Positions 1-13,398 are shown, counted from the stretch's first letter. The stretch is DNA of 64,000 nt from Candidatus Altimarinota bacterium (GCA_023268615.1 JALQUC010000011.1:3040-67039); one strand, 5' to 3'. Made by a program: numbers and translations. Notes: generated by a model not told the origin, from the sequence alone.

Positions 1-822
1 TGCTACTCGTTTCCCACGGCTAGCACCATATGCCTGAGTGAGCTCATTGAGCTGAGCAAAGTGTATCTGGAGTTGTTGTATAATACGAACTGAATATCCA
101 GGGTATTTACTCTCGATATTTCGGAGAGCTTTGTTGAGATTGCTAGTTCGGCTTGTGAGGAGACCAAGGAGACCACCAGTGATGAGTTTTCCACCAATGT
201 CTTTTCTCCATGCGCTCACCATCTCATTATTGATATCCATGAAGACTCGCTCTTTTTCAGAGGCTTCAATGGCTCTACCACCTTGAGCATTTATCTCGCC
301 AGCTGAGTTTGCTCTTTTCTTGAAAAAAGTATTGTCACGACTTGTCTCTCGGACACTTCTATCTCCGCGTGCAAAGAGTCGACCAAATGGTTTACCTTTT
401 GTAGACTCATACTCTTGGCTGAGTCATTGGAGGTTATCGTGCGTGAGACCGTGTACCGCTTCCCATTCTGCTCGTTTCGAAGGATTATCTTGGAGGAATC
501 GTATAAGTGCTTCATTTTGATGTTGTTGTCCGGTATAGGTACCAGATATGTTATATGCAGCTTCTCTTCCCTGGACGGCTGCTTTTCTCTGAGCATAGCT
601 CACTGATCGCTCAAATGCTTCCACACTCTGGAGATAGGCAGGTATTTGTCATTTTCTCTTACTTGGCGTGACTGGAACAGGCTCGCCAGTACCGAGCGGA
701 ATAGGTGCTGTGAGTTTATCTCTTCTCTTGAAGAGACCTCCTCAATTAAAGAGTCGAGGACGATCTCCTGAATCATTATCACGAGAGGAATTTCTCGGGC
801 TATTGATGTTTGGTCTTGGCAT
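1..822 (-). CDS. hypothetical protein (C-terminus lies beyond the left edge)
   Basis: Minus frame opens at ATG 820-822 and runs off the window. It is continuous only if TGA at 742-744, 649-651 and 424-426 is sense. Composition is ordinary (..AQRKAAVQGREAAYNISGTYTGQQ..LITGGLLGLLTSRTSNLNKALRNIE..), unlike track ORFs 291..596 and 600..851 in the neighbouring frame. No family recognised. Confidence 0.5.
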
Positions 823-861
823 AAGACAATAGGGTTAGTACCACCTATCATCTCATATTTT

Positions 862-2046
862 TTATCTCATTGCAAAAGGCTGGTATATTGACAAATTCAT
901 TATTTCTCACACGAGATAAAAACTTCCATAAACTACTATAGTATTATTTGTATTTTTTAGGATTTCTATTACCCGTTTTTTCTCTTGTAATAGATGAATA
1001 GTGTCATCATACACGACTCAACTACTGTATGCTTCACAGGGGAGGGATCTATCACAAAAATCATCTACGAGTATTCTCCGCTCTGCTGGTATCATCTGAG
1101 CGAGTTCACTTGTATACTCTGCATCTATCTGGGTTGTACCATAGAGTGTGATTATTTTTTTGCTTTTTATTTTCTGAACCATGCTTCTGAGGATTTTGAT
1201 ATTTTCTCGATTATTGGCGGTGTCGACGAGTATGTGTGGAGCTATCCATTCAAATCTCCCAGGATTGTAGATATTTTGTAGTCCAGAAAGTATTTTATTT
1301 GTATCAAAACCGAGATTTTTCAGCGCCTCGAAGACAAGTCCAGCATTTTTCTGCTGATGATTTCCGGGCAGATTTGTTTTCTTTTTTTTGTTTTTTCCGA
1401 TTGTGTGGAGAGTTGCTTTTCTTTCTCGGCAGGTATTTTCTATGAGTTTATTTTTGAGAGGTGTGTAGAGATGAGTATTATTTTTTACTATTCCGAGCTT
1501 ATTTCTGAGTATGCTTGCGCGTGTTTTCCCGAGCACATGAGTGTGTTCGAGTGTTATGGAAGTAATGAAACAGGCGAGAGGTTTTGTAAAAATATTGGTT
1601 CCATCATAGGTTCACCCGAGACCTACTTCTACTACAGCATAGTCGACCTTCTCTGCTATAAAATAGAGTACCATGACCACTACCTGTATCTCAAAAAATG
1701 AGAGTAGAATATTGTGTTGTTCTGATAATTGTATAACTTGCTTATAATATTTCTCGAGTTCTTGGTCCTCTATAGGAGTTCCGTTTATCTGAAATCTCTC
1801 GTTTATTTTTATAAAATGTGGAGAAGTGAAGAGCCCTACCTTTTTTCAAAAACTCTTCCAGAGCACCTGAGAAAGCATCTGACAGACACTTCATTTTCCG
1901 TTACTGCCTGTCACATGAAATACTGATAGTTCATCTTGAGGGTTTCCGAGTATTTTCATTATTTTGATAACACTATCTCTACCCTTGCGCATTCCAGTCG
2001 GTGTGAGGGACATGACATGGTCTATAGAGGGAAATTGGGAGAGCAT
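862..2046 (-). CDS. folC: folylpolyglutamate synthase / dihydrofolate synthase (Mur ligase family)
   Basis: Track ORF 1018..1536 extended in frame across TGA codons gives 394 aa. Motifs: P-loop HVTGSNGK-G(TGA)-S, EVGLG-G(TGA)-TYD, GRFEW..ILVDTANN and C-terminal VVYGSFYLVGE. ATG at 2046, TAA at 862. Confidence 0.85.
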
Positions 2047-2052
2047 GAAATA

Positions 2053-2589
2053 CTAGACAATACTACCGTCACCGACGATGACTTTTGCATGACGAAGGGC
2101 CTTGCCGTTTCTCATATAGCCTGTTTCTATTTCTGCTTGTATAGTACTCTCTGCATGTGGCATCTGACTGATGACTTCATGGAGATCTGGATTTACTTCC
2201 TGCCCAATTATATCCATACGAGTGATGCCATAATCTGAGACAGTTTTTTGCATAGATCGTACAATTGATGTCAGTCATTCTGTCCAGGCATGTGACTTGA
2301 ATTCCTCTGGGGTGTGCTCGAGAGCCCTCTCGAGATTATCAAGAATAGTGAGGAATTTGATAATAGTTTTATTTTCCAACCATTCACCCATTTGTGATTG
2401 TTCTTCTCGAGTCCTGCGTACGAGATTGCTGTAGTCTGCTTGGGCTCGAGCGATCTGCTCGCGAAGAGTCTCTATTTCTCACTGGAGCTGAGTTATTTGC
2501 ATACTTGTATCATCCCCTCATTGGGTAGGGGCTGTTTCATCTACAGGAGTGTTTGTAGTATTTGAGGTATCGGAAGTATCCTGTGTCAT
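2053..2589 (-). CDS. grpE: nucleotide exchange factor GrpE
   Basis: 178 aa after reading 3 TGA as Gly. Coiled-coil N-terminus (LREQIARAQADYSNLVRRTREE) and C-terminal GrpE signature IGQEVNPDLHEVISQMP..GYMRNGKALRHAKVIV. Ends with TAG at 2053. Confidence 0.85.
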
Positions 2590-2626
2590 ACACGGTGAGA
2601 GGTAAGCAAATAATTTTTAGATATAC

Positions 2627-3061
2627 TTAGATGCTCTTTTTGATTTTTGTAACCAGAGCACTGAGTTTTCTTTTCGCAGTTTTTGCTGTTGGTGTTTTCC
2701 CGAGTTTTTCGATGAGTCATTTTTTCTCTGCGTAGATTGATTCGATATTTTGTCTGATTTCTCCTGTATCTACTCCATGTTTTTTGAGGACTTCTTGTAC
2801 TTCCATGAGTTCTCATTTTGCGAGTTCGAAGAATTTTTCGAGGTCTTTTTTCTTTGAGAGTACGAGTTTTTTATTTTCAGCTGTCCAGTACTCTTTTTTG
2901 AGCTCTGCAAATGCTTTCTTGTGACTTTCGATGAAATCTTTACCAGTATCAAGTGCTACATTTGATGATTTTTTAGTTCATTTTTGTGCAGGTTTTTTTG
3001 CATATTTTGCACCGACAACAAATCCTGCCAGGTAGCCCATGAATAAGAGAATTTTTTTCAT
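2627..3061 (-). CDS. YtxH-like small membrane-anchored protein
   Basis: 144 aa: MKKILLFMGYLAGFVVGAKYAKKP.. (N-terminal TM helix) followed by a K/E-rich helical region. Three in-frame TGA. ATG 3059-3061, TAA 2627-2629. Confidence 0.55.
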
Positions 3062-3120
3062 AGAAAAAGATGAGAAATAACACCTACAGTCTAATCTTTT
3101 TTTAGAGAAAGCAAGAGTAC

Positions 3121-4638
3121 TTATCGTGCTCTATTTTTTGCTACGAGATAGCGATATACTGCTTCAGAGATTTCACCTCTTGAGATAGGTTGATTTGGTT
3201 TAAATTCAGATCATTCAATACCGTCAATCAATTTGTATTTGAGAGCAAATTGAGCGTATTTATGTGACCAGTGACTCCAGCTCAAATCAGTCCATGATTT
3301 TGTGACGCCAACTGGTATATTTTCACCTGAAGCGAGTGCGAGTATAGCCAAAAATTCGACACGAGTGACAGGCCTATTTGGTTCAAAAACTTCTCGTTCT
3401 GTTGAAACTATTTTTCTCTTTACTGCTTCGGAAATAAGTGGATTGACCCAGTGTTCTGCTGGAACATCATGAAATATACCTGTGACTATTTCTCCGTGAG
3501 GAGCTATATCCAGCGATTTTAAGACGATTCAGAGAAGCTCAGACCTGGTCACACTTTTTTCACTACGAAATGTTCCATCTTCAAATCATTTGATGATATT
3601 GAGCTTTGCAAAATAGCTGACAGAGGTATAGAATTTGTGGCTATAGGGAACATCTGTGAAATTTCCTGGAGCTGTATTTGTATTGACTACCACTGGTGCT
3701 GGAGTTGGTGTTGGAGCAGTGACAGGTGGAGTCACGACAACAGGTGCTGGAGTTGGAACTGGTTTTTCTGGCGCAGAATTCATGGCTCATTCGACGCCTG
3801 TTGCATTTTGTATGAAATCTATAGGGTCGACACTGTATTTCTCTATGAGGTCCTGATTGAGACCTGCATCGACTCACTCAAAAAACGAATAGCCCGCTTC
3901 TGCTGCCTCAGTCAGGGTAAATGGCCAGTACGGATAAAACGGCGCATCTTCATTATCTACTTGGAGATGTAGGTGAGGAGTTGTTGTATATCCTGTGAGA
4001 CCTACTCGTCCTATAAGTGTTCACTTATCTATGACATCACCTGGCTTGACGAGAACCTGTGAGAGATGGAGGTAACTCGAATAATATTTCCCGACTTTTC
4101 CTCTGTATTTCACATTCTTGTGTTCGATCGTGATGTATTTATTATTTGGATCATCTTTTGTTCTCACCACTTTTCCATGGCCGATAGCAAAAATTGGTGT
4201 ACCAATAGGAGCACGAATATCTACACCATCATGAGATCATGTGTTCGGCAATCGTTCTTCATCCATATATCTACCACGGAAGACCGTGAGATAAGTAAAC
4301 ATACTATTGAAATCTGTTTTAATAGTTCTGATTGATGGTAGAGGTATGAGGTCACTCTGATTGACCGAACTGTAATCGAGCGTTGCGCGTTGATTGATAT
4401 AGTCTGCTTTTTTCCAATCTGGGACAAATGCAAGAGGCATCATCGCTCCATTAAATGGTTTCGCATTGTTTGCTTGGGAGATAGACATGAGCCAGAGATG
4501 TCCAGGTGTTTGCATCAAGAAATAAGTACTGAGGAGCAAGATATTGGCAATCCAAATCTTTTTATTTTGTTGTGCAAGACGAGTAAAGAGTTTCATAAGT
4601 GCAGTTATATACATACGATAGCATACTTTTTTTGTCAC
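3121..4638 (-). CDS. M23 (LytM) peptidoglycan endopeptidase with three C-terminal SLH domains
   Basis: Track ORFs 4237..4638 and 3586..3783 are in one frame, joined across TGA. M23 motifs SHDGVDI and TPHLHLQV. Three SLH-like repeats (FTDVP..GFEDGTFRSEKSVTRSE; FHDVP..EPNRPVTRVE; WTDLS..FKPNQPISRGE). Start is GTG 4638 or ATG 4614. Confidence 0.8.
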
Positions 4639-4731
4639 TGCAAATAATTGACAATATGTTTTTCTGTATAGTATTTTACTGTTCCTGGAGGACTTTCTGA
4701 CTATTTTTTTGAATACTATTTATCTACAATT

Positions 4732-5097
4732 GTGTCTACCAATCGTCATCATCTCCGAGCATATATAGTTTTTCTGATTATTAGCCTCTTGCTAGTTGGC
4801 ATTTTGGCATACTTGTATACTCCATTTACTATAGATGCTTCAAAACTCGTATCACAAGCAACTGTTTCTGCTGAGGTACCGGTTATGAGTGCCGAGATTG
4901 TTATCCGAGGCGAAACAGAGACAGATTCTTCTGTGAATAAGAGAATCCGACTCACAAATCTCCTCCTCCGCTATCAAAAAGAGTTAGCAGATCTCGAATC
5001 ATGAGATGTCTCTCTACCCTCAAAACAAGAACAACTCAAGTCTCTCCGTCAAAAAATAGAGAACCTCGAACTGATGATCACTGAGCTTTCTCAATAA
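4732..5097 (+). CDS. small membrane-anchored coiled-coil protein, unknown function
   Basis: GTG start, one TM helix (AYIVFLIISLLLVGILAYLY). Read through TGA 5002-5004 to TAA 5095-5097. Confidence 0.45.
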
Positions 5098-7329
5098 TTA
5101 TACTTTTGAGAGAGGGGCGATGCGTATGTTGAGACTCTTTATGCCGTTTCAAAACGCTATTTGAGCGACATCACCCGTCAGTGATACGATAGTTCCGACA
5201 CCAAATTTTTTGTGCTCTACACGATCACCAAGGGAAAAATTATTCATGTTGCGTATCTGGGCTCCGAGTCAGAGTTTTTTTTCTGTTTGTGGCATATTTG
5301 ACCAGTCACCCTCGAGATCTGATTCTCCAGATGTACCCAGAAAATCTGTCATAAAGAGTCTCTTTGGAACATGAATTTCTGTATATTCTCATGGTATTTC
5401 ACCGACGAATCTACTCGCAATATTGCTCGCATAAGTCCCAAAACTATATCGTTCATTTGCTCGGGTGATGACGAGTTTTTTCTTTGCTCGAGTCATCGCG
5501 ACATACCAGAGTCTTCGTTCTTCTTCGAGTTCATTTGGCTCAAAGAGTGTTCGAGAATGGGGGAATATTCATTCTTCTGCTCCTGCTATGATAACATGGT
5601 CAAATTCGAGTCATTTTGCACTATGTATGGTCATGAGGAGGACTTTTTCAGAGCCATCGTCATTGTTTTGCTCAGCTGTGATGAGGGCTATATCCTCGAG
5701 AAAATGCATGAGCGACTCAGCTGGAGGTAGATCATCATATCTGGATGCGAGATTTTTGAGTTCGTTTATATTTTCTACTTTTGCCTCTACTTCTGGGGGA
5801 GAGAAATTTTCTTCCAGATATTCCTGGTATTTAATGAGCTGTAGGACTTTATCTATGAGGAGTCTCGCAGGGATCTCGTGAGATGTTTTTTGTATTTCTC
5901 TCATCATCTGAGTAAATCCTGTAATCGCTCATCGTGCAGCTCACTTCATTTCTGGTATATGGTCAATATGCGTTGTGCCCTCTAGGTGTTCCAGTGTGCT
6001 CTGATTTCACTTACTTCTCGGGAGATCGAGTGACATATAATCAATTTCATTTTCTCCCACATATTTCATGATTCTCTCGACACTTGTTGGTCCTATTTTT
6101 CGTGGAGGAGTGTTCACAATTCTCTTCCATGCGACACTGTCCGTGGGTGTCATGATTACTTTGAGATAGGCTATGATATCCTTGATTTCTTTTCTGTCGT
6201 AGAATTTGAGTCCGCCAATTATTTCATAGGGTACGCCTCGTCGTATCAGAGCTTCTTCTATGACGCGTGATTGTCCATTGGTGCGGTAGAGTATTGCCCA
6301 GGATGCTGGATTTTTCTCAACAAAATTTCCTATTTTATCCGCTTCTTCTCTCTCGCTTGTACATTCGTGGATTTGAATTTTTTCTCCTTCTTCTGCCTCG
6401 GTCCACATTCTCTTATCGAGGGCTGATTTATTATTTTTTATGACGACATTTGCAGCGTTGATGATGGTGCTACTTGAGCGATAATTCTGCTCGAGTTTCA
6501 CGACCTCTGCTGCCGGGAAATCGTGTTTGAAATTGAGGATATTTGCTATATTTGCACCACGCCATGAATAGATGCCTTGCCAATCATCACCGACGACACA
6601 GAGGTTTTTTGATTTATTTGCGAGGAGCTGGATTATCTCATACTGTATAGAATTTGTATCCTGGTATTCATCCACACAGAAGTATTGAAATCTATCCTGG
6701 AAATATTCCAGCACCGATGAGATGTGTAATACATCACGAGTTTTGAGCAATATATCATCGAAATCGAGTGCATTATTGGCTCGCATTTTTTTCTCATAGT
6801 CGGGATATATCTCTGCTACTATTCCCTGAAAATGGCTCTCCGCAGTATGTGCATAGTTATCTGGAGAGAGTCCACTATTTTTTGCCAATGATATCTCATA
6901 CTGGACTTGCCGTACTGGTGCATCTTTGGGATCTATTCTCTTACCATCTATTATTTCCTTGATGACCGAACGCACATCGTCCTCATCGTAGATCGAGAAA
7001 TTTCTCGAGTAGCCGATTTTATCAATAAACAGTCTCAAAAACATGACACCCATTGAGTGAAATGTAGATACAAGAGGGAAGTCACGCGGTATTCCAAATG
7101 ACATTGGCATGTCCCGTCCGAGCTTCTTTGCAATTCTCTCGCGCATTTCACGAGCTGCTTTATTGGTAAAAGTCACACACAAAATAGAAGTCGGTGCAAT
7201 CCCTACTTCATGTATCATAGAATATACTCGTTCTGTGAGAGTATGAGTCTTTCCAGAACCAGCACCCGCCAGTATGAGCAGAGGACCATCTATGATAGAC
7301 ACGGCACGGAGTTGTTCACTATTGAGCAT
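5098..7329 (-). CDS. pcrA: ATP-dependent DNA helicase PcrA/UvrD
   Basis: 743 aa after codon-walking through 8 TGA codons. Motifs AGAGSGKTHTLTERV, VDEYQDTN, SAKGLEFDHVII, VAMTRAKKKL and a C-terminal GDRVEHKKFGVGTIV domain. TAA at 5098. Confidence 0.92.
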
Positions 7330-7433
7330 GTGAGGATTCTATCCAAAAAAAATCTTTGTCACGACGGTCGTGCTTGGAAAAATCTTTTTCTCACTATAAT
7401 CCATCTATATTATTATTCTCCTCTTTCAATTTT

Positions 7434-7979
7434 ATGCTCTCCGATCTCCAACCTCAGCTCACGCGAGCTCTCGAACATCTCAAATCTGAATACTCTAAGC
7501 TCCAGGCTGGTCGCGCAAAGCCTGAGCTCGTAGAGGATATCATTGTACCAGTCTACGGCTCATCTATGCCAGTCAAAAATGTCGCGAGTGTCACAGTTAT
7601 GGATCAGAGAACTCTCTCTATCATACCATTTGACAGGACGACGGGTGCTGATATCTGTCGATGAATTGCTGCTGCCAATATCGGACTCAATCCACAGGAC
7701 AGGGGAGATAGTATCCTCATAGCTATCCCTATGATGACAGAGGAAAATCGTCGTAATCTGCAGAAGATAGCTCGTGATATGGCAGAAGATGCCAAGGTCT
7801 CGGTTCGTAGTATTCGTGCCGAATTTCACAAAAATATCCAAAAAGCAAAAACAGATAAGACGGAATCAGAAGATATCATAAAGTCCTATGAAGAAGATCT
7901 CCAAGAAGCCATAGATGCTATCAATAAACTCATTGATGAAACTGCTCGAAATAAAGAAGAAGAAGTAATGAAAATCTAG
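7434..7979 (+). CDS. frr: ribosome recycling factor
   Basis: 181 aa with one TGA (7662-7664). Motifs LQAGRAKPELVEDIIVPVYGS..MPVKNVASV.. and IPMMTEENRRNLQKIARDMAEDAKVSVRSIR. Confidence 0.9.
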
Positions 7980-7983
7980 CTGT

Positions 7984-9492
7984 ATGACCTCTTCTGATAA
8001 TCATTATTTTTCTCGACTGCTTCGCAAAAATATCTGGATATATTTTTTCTCTTTTTTGATTGCTCCAACAGGATATATAGTCAAAATAGTTATTTCAAAT
8101 TCTGTTTCTGTTGAAGAATTGGGGACACTCTATGCAGTCATGAGTCTCATGACTATTCTTGGTTCATACAATGATTTTGGCATGACAGAGAGTCTCAATT
8201 ATTTTCTCCCAGGACACCTACATACCAAGGATAAGCAGAAAATCACCAACACTTTTTCTATTGCTCTCGTCACCAATCTCATGACGAGCACTATTCTGTC
8301 ACTCCTGCTCTTCTTCTGAGCAGGATGGCTCGCAGACAATTATTTCCGCATTCCTCTTGCAGGCACACTTCTCCAGATACTTATAGTCCAGTTCTTTGCA
8401 CAAAATATCTTTATGACCCTGAATACATTTTTTCAGGCTATACAGGATACCAAGCTCCAGAAATCTATAGATTTTGCCCGCATGTTCCTCCTCATGTGTC
8501 TCGTTTGTGGATTATGGTTCCTCGACCTGCACACTATTGAATATTATGCTTGGGCATGGTCGTCTGCTATTTTGGGAGGTCTAGCACTTTCTGCGAGCGT
8601 TTTGGCTTATAAATATCATTCTTATTTTACTTTTGAGGGTTGGTTTTTTTCACGAGAGAGCTATAAGCATATTCTCAAATACGCTATCTGGGTCATGCTC
8701 TCTGCCAATGTCGGTATGCTCCTCTCGCAGATAGATATGCAGATGGTGGTCTATATGCTCGGTGCTGAGGCTGCGGGTTACTATACCAACTACCTCTCAT
8801 TGATTCGTATACCATTTCTCTTCCTCCTCCCAGGTGTGTATTTCCTCTTTCCTGTTTTTTCTGATCTTCTCAAGCGAGGTGAGGAGAGAAAAGTTATTGC
8901 TATTCACGCCTTTACCTACGAGCTCTTCTCTATTTTGGGGCTCATGATGACGAGCTTTTTTATACTGTTTGGGACCACACTAACGACGACTCTCTTTGGT
9001 CCAGGTTATGAGACTTCAGGTACTATTCTCCTCTATTCAGCACCATTTCTCCTCTTTAATTTTCTTCTGCAGATTGATTTTCAGATTCTCGGTGCGAGTG
9101 GTCGCCCAAAGACAAAAATGTTTATTCTCCTCGCTGGAGTAGGGCTCAATCTCGTGACAAATTATGTTTTCTTGAAGCTCTGGGGTGTTGTTGGTTCAGC
9201 ATTTGCGAGTGGTATAGGTTGGGTATTTATCTGGTGTCTTTCTTTTCGTCAGACACGCAAATTTGCTGCCAGTTTCCGTTGGCCTGTATTTTGGGAAAAT
9301 ATCGTCTGAATTGGACTTCTTACTTGGGCGCTTTCTGGGCTTCATCTGGAGAATTATTTCTCGGGGCGTCTACAACTTCTCGGAGGCATCTTGATAGTCA
9401 TGGCTCTGTATGGTGTCGTCTTCCTCGCTCTCAATTGGTCTGAATTTCGTCGTTTTCAGCGTATTTTTCGCTCTAAGCATCTTCTATGATAG
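7984..9492 (+). CDS. MOP-superfamily flippase (MurJ/Wzx-like), possibly a lipid II flippase
   Basis: 502 aa polytopic membrane protein made of three track pieces joined at TGA 8317 and 9307. Ends CTA-TGA-TAG (9484-9492), overlapping the murI ATG. Sits directly upstream of murI-murD. Confidence 0.7.
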
Positions 9493-10274
9493 GTATTTTT
9501 GATTCTGGGTCAGGCGGTCTCACTTTTCTCGCTGCGATGAAGCATCGATATCCTGAGTGGTCATACCTCTACTATGCAGACTATGAGCATTGCCCGTTTG
9601 GTGAACGATCTCCCGAGGAGATTCAAGAACTCACCATTGCTGGTGTACAAAAACTCTTTGATGCTGGCTCTACTATTGTTATCCTAGCGTGTAATACTGC
9701 GTCCGCCTGGACACTTCGTAAACTTCAAACTGAGATATTTCCTGATAAGAAAATACTGGGCGTGACAATACCCTGAGCAGAGAAAGCTATAGAATTGGGA
9801 CTAAAAAACATAGCTGTATTTGCAACTCAACAGACAGTCAAATCGCGTGCCTATGCGCAGAGGGCGAGAATACTTGACGCTGAAATATCTGTCCAGGAGA
9901 TAGCATTTTCAGGTGATCTCGTACGCGATATAGAGTTGCTCTTACCTGTTCATAATTGCTGTAGTGAAGGTGACTTCTCCGAACTGATGAAACTCTACGA
10001 TTCTCGTGGGTGGAATTGTGATAGTCATGAGTGGCAGATGCTCACAGATACATATTTCTGAGATATGTCGAGCGTGCTTGCAAAAAACACACAAGGAATT
10101 ATCCTCGGTTGTACTCACTATTCGTATCTCAGGAGACCTCTCCAAAGGTTGTTTCCAGACGCAGTACTTATCGATCCCTCTGAGGAGTCAGCTGTCCGTC
10201 TCTATTCTTATCTTATTGGTCGAAACGAGCTTTTTTCTCAAATTCAGAAGACAGGACAAATAAAATTCCTATAA
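9486..10274 (+). CDS. murI: glutamate racemase
   Basis: 262 aa with 2 TGA. Motifs IGIFDSGSGGLT, ILACNTASA and GCTHYSYL. Confidence 0.9.
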
Positions 10275-10285
10275 TACATCCAATT

Positions 10286-11533
10286 ATGTCTCAAATACTT
10301 ATCTACGGTAAATGAAAAGTCGGTCAATCTCTGGCGCGATTTTGTACAAAAATGGAGATTGATTTTATCCTCTGTGATGACTCTGACGCACCTGAGTCCT
10401 TCGAGAGCCTTACGCACATTATACCATCTCCTGGAATCCCATCCTCTCATCGTATATACGAATCGGACAAGGTCATTTCTGAGCTCGATTTCCTCGCTCG
10501 CTACATCCCAAAATGATTCCAGATACATGCTATTACTGGTACTGATGGTAAATCCACTACATCCTGGGTATTATTCCATTTTCTCCAAGGAGGTCTCCCA
10601 GAGACACCAGCCTATCTCGGAGGAAATTTTGGCACTGCACTTGCTGATATACTCCTAGAAATACATAATAAATGAGAAAAAGAAGGACATATAGTACTCG
10701 AAGTATCGAGTTTTATGGCATATCATATACGCACTTTCTATGCGCATAATACTATTCTCACCAATCTGCATCCAGATCATCTCGATTGGCACAAGGATCT
10801 CTCAGAATATTATAATGCAAAGCTGAATCTCCTCGGACATACCAAAAATCTCCTACTCTATCCCGCCCTTGCCATTCCTCTCCTCCCAGAGCTTCCACAT
10901 TTTCCTATAGAATCTGTGGTCATGCCAGAGCAGTTTGTCCTGGATCATGGTCTCCTCACACTCACCCCAGAGGCTCTCATAGATATATCAGAGAGGCAGT
11001 TATTGGGTGAACATAATATCGTCAATATTTTTCTGGCTGCTTCTCTCGCTCTCAGGCTCGGCGTCTGAGCAAAGACACTCTCCACTATTCTCCCGTCTAT
11101 TCCTGCGCTACCACATCGTCTCCAGCAGATTTCTGACCGTGATGGTAAGATGTGGATTGATGATAGTAAATCGACAACAGCCCAGTCTCTCTATGCGGCT
11201 CTCCGAGCATTTGCTCCAAAAAAAGTCCATCTCATAGCAGGCTGAAAAGATAAAGGTGATACATTTGATGGACTCACTGAGGCTCTCCGAGAGCACTGTG
11301 TTCAGTGTGTTGCTATTGGTGAAACAAAATCGATTTTTCTCCAGGCGTGTCATGATGCATTTGTTCCAGCTACTTCTGTCGCGAGTATGGAAGAAGCGGT
11401 ACAGATCACCTCTGAGAGCACGGCAGAAGGCGATATAATTCTCCTTTCTCCTGGTTGTTCGAGTTTTGATATGTTTGAGAATTATGAAGACCGAGCAGCT
11501 CATTTTGCTCGTGCAATACATGCATCAGAATAA
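10286..11533 (+). CDS. murD: UDP-N-acetylmuramoylalanine--D-glutamate ligase
   Basis: 415 aa with 5 TGA. Motifs IYGKG(TGA)KVGQS, AITGTDGKSTT, NLHPDHLDWH, DDSKSTT and SPGCSSFDMFENYEDR. Confidence 0.9.
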
Positions 11534-11615
11534 AAAAAGCTCTCGGCAAGAGAAAAAAATTCGAAGAATGAGATACATTTGTATACTTCTCTGTATATAA
11601 CTATTTCTCCTCTTT

Positions 11616-12335
11616 ATGCCAACTTCTCATCGTCCTTCATCTTCGGATGCTCGCTATGTTTTTATTCTTTTTGCTCTCATATTTGTTGTTCTCTTTTTTG
11701 CTTTCTTGATCTACTTTGTCTACTGACAAAAACAATTTACCACTCGGCTCGTAGACTCAGAGGGTACTCAAAAAGACACTATAGATCTCGTCCGAACAGG
11801 ATGAGCTGAACAGAAAAATGCTCCAACTGAAGCTGAATTGGCACCTGTAAATACGACTACTCCACAACCGACTACTCCTGCTGCGACTGCTACATTTGAC
11901 CCTAATAGATATAATCCTCGTACAACAGAGACCCTCCAACTCCGCGGTAGACAATTACTCGATAAATACTTCGCTTCTATCCAGAGTTCTGATTTTCAGA
12001 CAGCATGTTCACTGCTCTCCAATACCCTCTGTAATGCTCGACGAGATATTTACTCATACTCTCAATTCCTCAGCAAGCTCAATGGAGGATACCAGATAAA
12101 GTCCATCACTCTCGCTCCAGAACAAAAACCGACAGAAGCTATCTATTGCGTCGAATACACTTATTCTCTCAAGGCTGACCTCAACCCACAACCTGTCACA
12201 GAATATTTCCAATATCGTATCAAGACTCGACCAGACGGTGCTGATGAGATATCTGCACGAGTCTGTGAAAAGATAGTCAAAGACGGCAGAGAGAGACCTT
12301 GTCCGATTATTACTCCAAAGAAATACTGCTTCTAA
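11616..12335 (+). CDS. hypothetical membrane-anchored, Cys-containing protein
   Basis: ATG 11616, N-terminal TM helix (YVFILFALIFVVLFFAFLIYFVY), 2 TGA, then track ORF 11838..12335 in the same frame. No family recognised. Confidence 0.55.
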
Positions 12336-12482
12336 TCTAACACAGAAAACCGTCGCACTACTTCGTCAATTCACTTTTTTATTCTCAGTCATTCACACTT
12401 GGTGAACTCCTTTCGTATAAAAAGCTCTTTCCTCGCATTGCTTGTTTTTGTGTGTTAGATGAATTTCCTTTTATAGCAAGAA

Positions 12483-13397
12483 TTACCCCTGCATGATCAT
12501 AAATCGGTAGATTACATAACTGAATATCAGGATGATGACACCGATGAGAGCGTAGCTGATGGTCTTTTTTGCTTTGTCATTTTTCTCTTCATCTCCTGCA
12601 CCCGTGAGTACGAGGAATCCTGCATACATGACCATGATGATGACGATGAGTGCGATAAATCCATTGAGAAAGACTATAACCTTTGCCACTGTTCAGAGGA
12701 CTCCAGAGGCATCGAGGACACGATTGGTACAATTTGTTGGCACTCCAAATATTCTATTCCCACTACAATTTCCTCATCCATAGGCTATACGCACGAGAGG
12801 CTCAGCAATCATCATAATCACAAAACCGAGAACAGATCCTATGAATATTTTTTTACCGTCCTCAAATCCTTCTTCATTTCAAACTGCCGTGACCATACGA
12901 TAGAATGCATAGATAGCACCCAGAAAAAATACTGTTGCTGCCACATAACGGAGGAAATTGAGAATAGGGTAGACGATATTTATGACAACATTGTACACTG
13001 TTTGAGTACTGATAGTCTGAGTATTGAATACCCGTGTTTCAAATTGACGGATTACCGTGTAGGCTATTGATATCAAAAATAATCCCGCGAGACTCCACAC
13101 GAGTGTCTGTACCCATGTTGAGAAATCTTCTTCATCATTTTTGGATACCAGTAATCGTATCACCGAGATAAATGCTATGAGTACTGCTATGACAAAAACG
13201 ACAATAGCGAGACTTTTGAATATAAGTATGAGAGTATTTCGTATGCCTGTTCCGTCTGTCCTCCCACCAGTGTACCTGTAGTATTTGTCTGATTCATATA
13301 TCTGTCGTAGACCAGGGAGGTCAGCACTTACCCAGATACATCCTGCTATACCGATGAAAAAGAGAACAACTCTCAGATATTGGAAAAATTTTTGCAT
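12483..13397 (-). CDS. membrane protein made of three tandem TrbC/VirB2-like (T4SS pilin-like) TM-hairpin modules
   Basis: 304 aa from ATG 13395-13397 to TAA 12483. Three repeats of TM - acidic/basic loop - TM (..LLVSKNDEEDFSTW.., ..MVTAVG(TGA)NEEGFEDGKK.., ..LTGAGDEEKNDKAKK..). It starts 1 nt after the stop of the upstream ATPase gene. Confidence 0.6.
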
Positions 13398-13398
13398 A

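Noticed and set aside
291-851. Track ORFs 291..596 and 600..851 as the coding frame at the left edge
   Set aside because: A third minus frame (track ORF 424..624, extended across TGA from ATG 822) gives a longer product with ordinary protein-like composition. The + frame is also open but looks like an antisense shadow. Confidence remains moderate.
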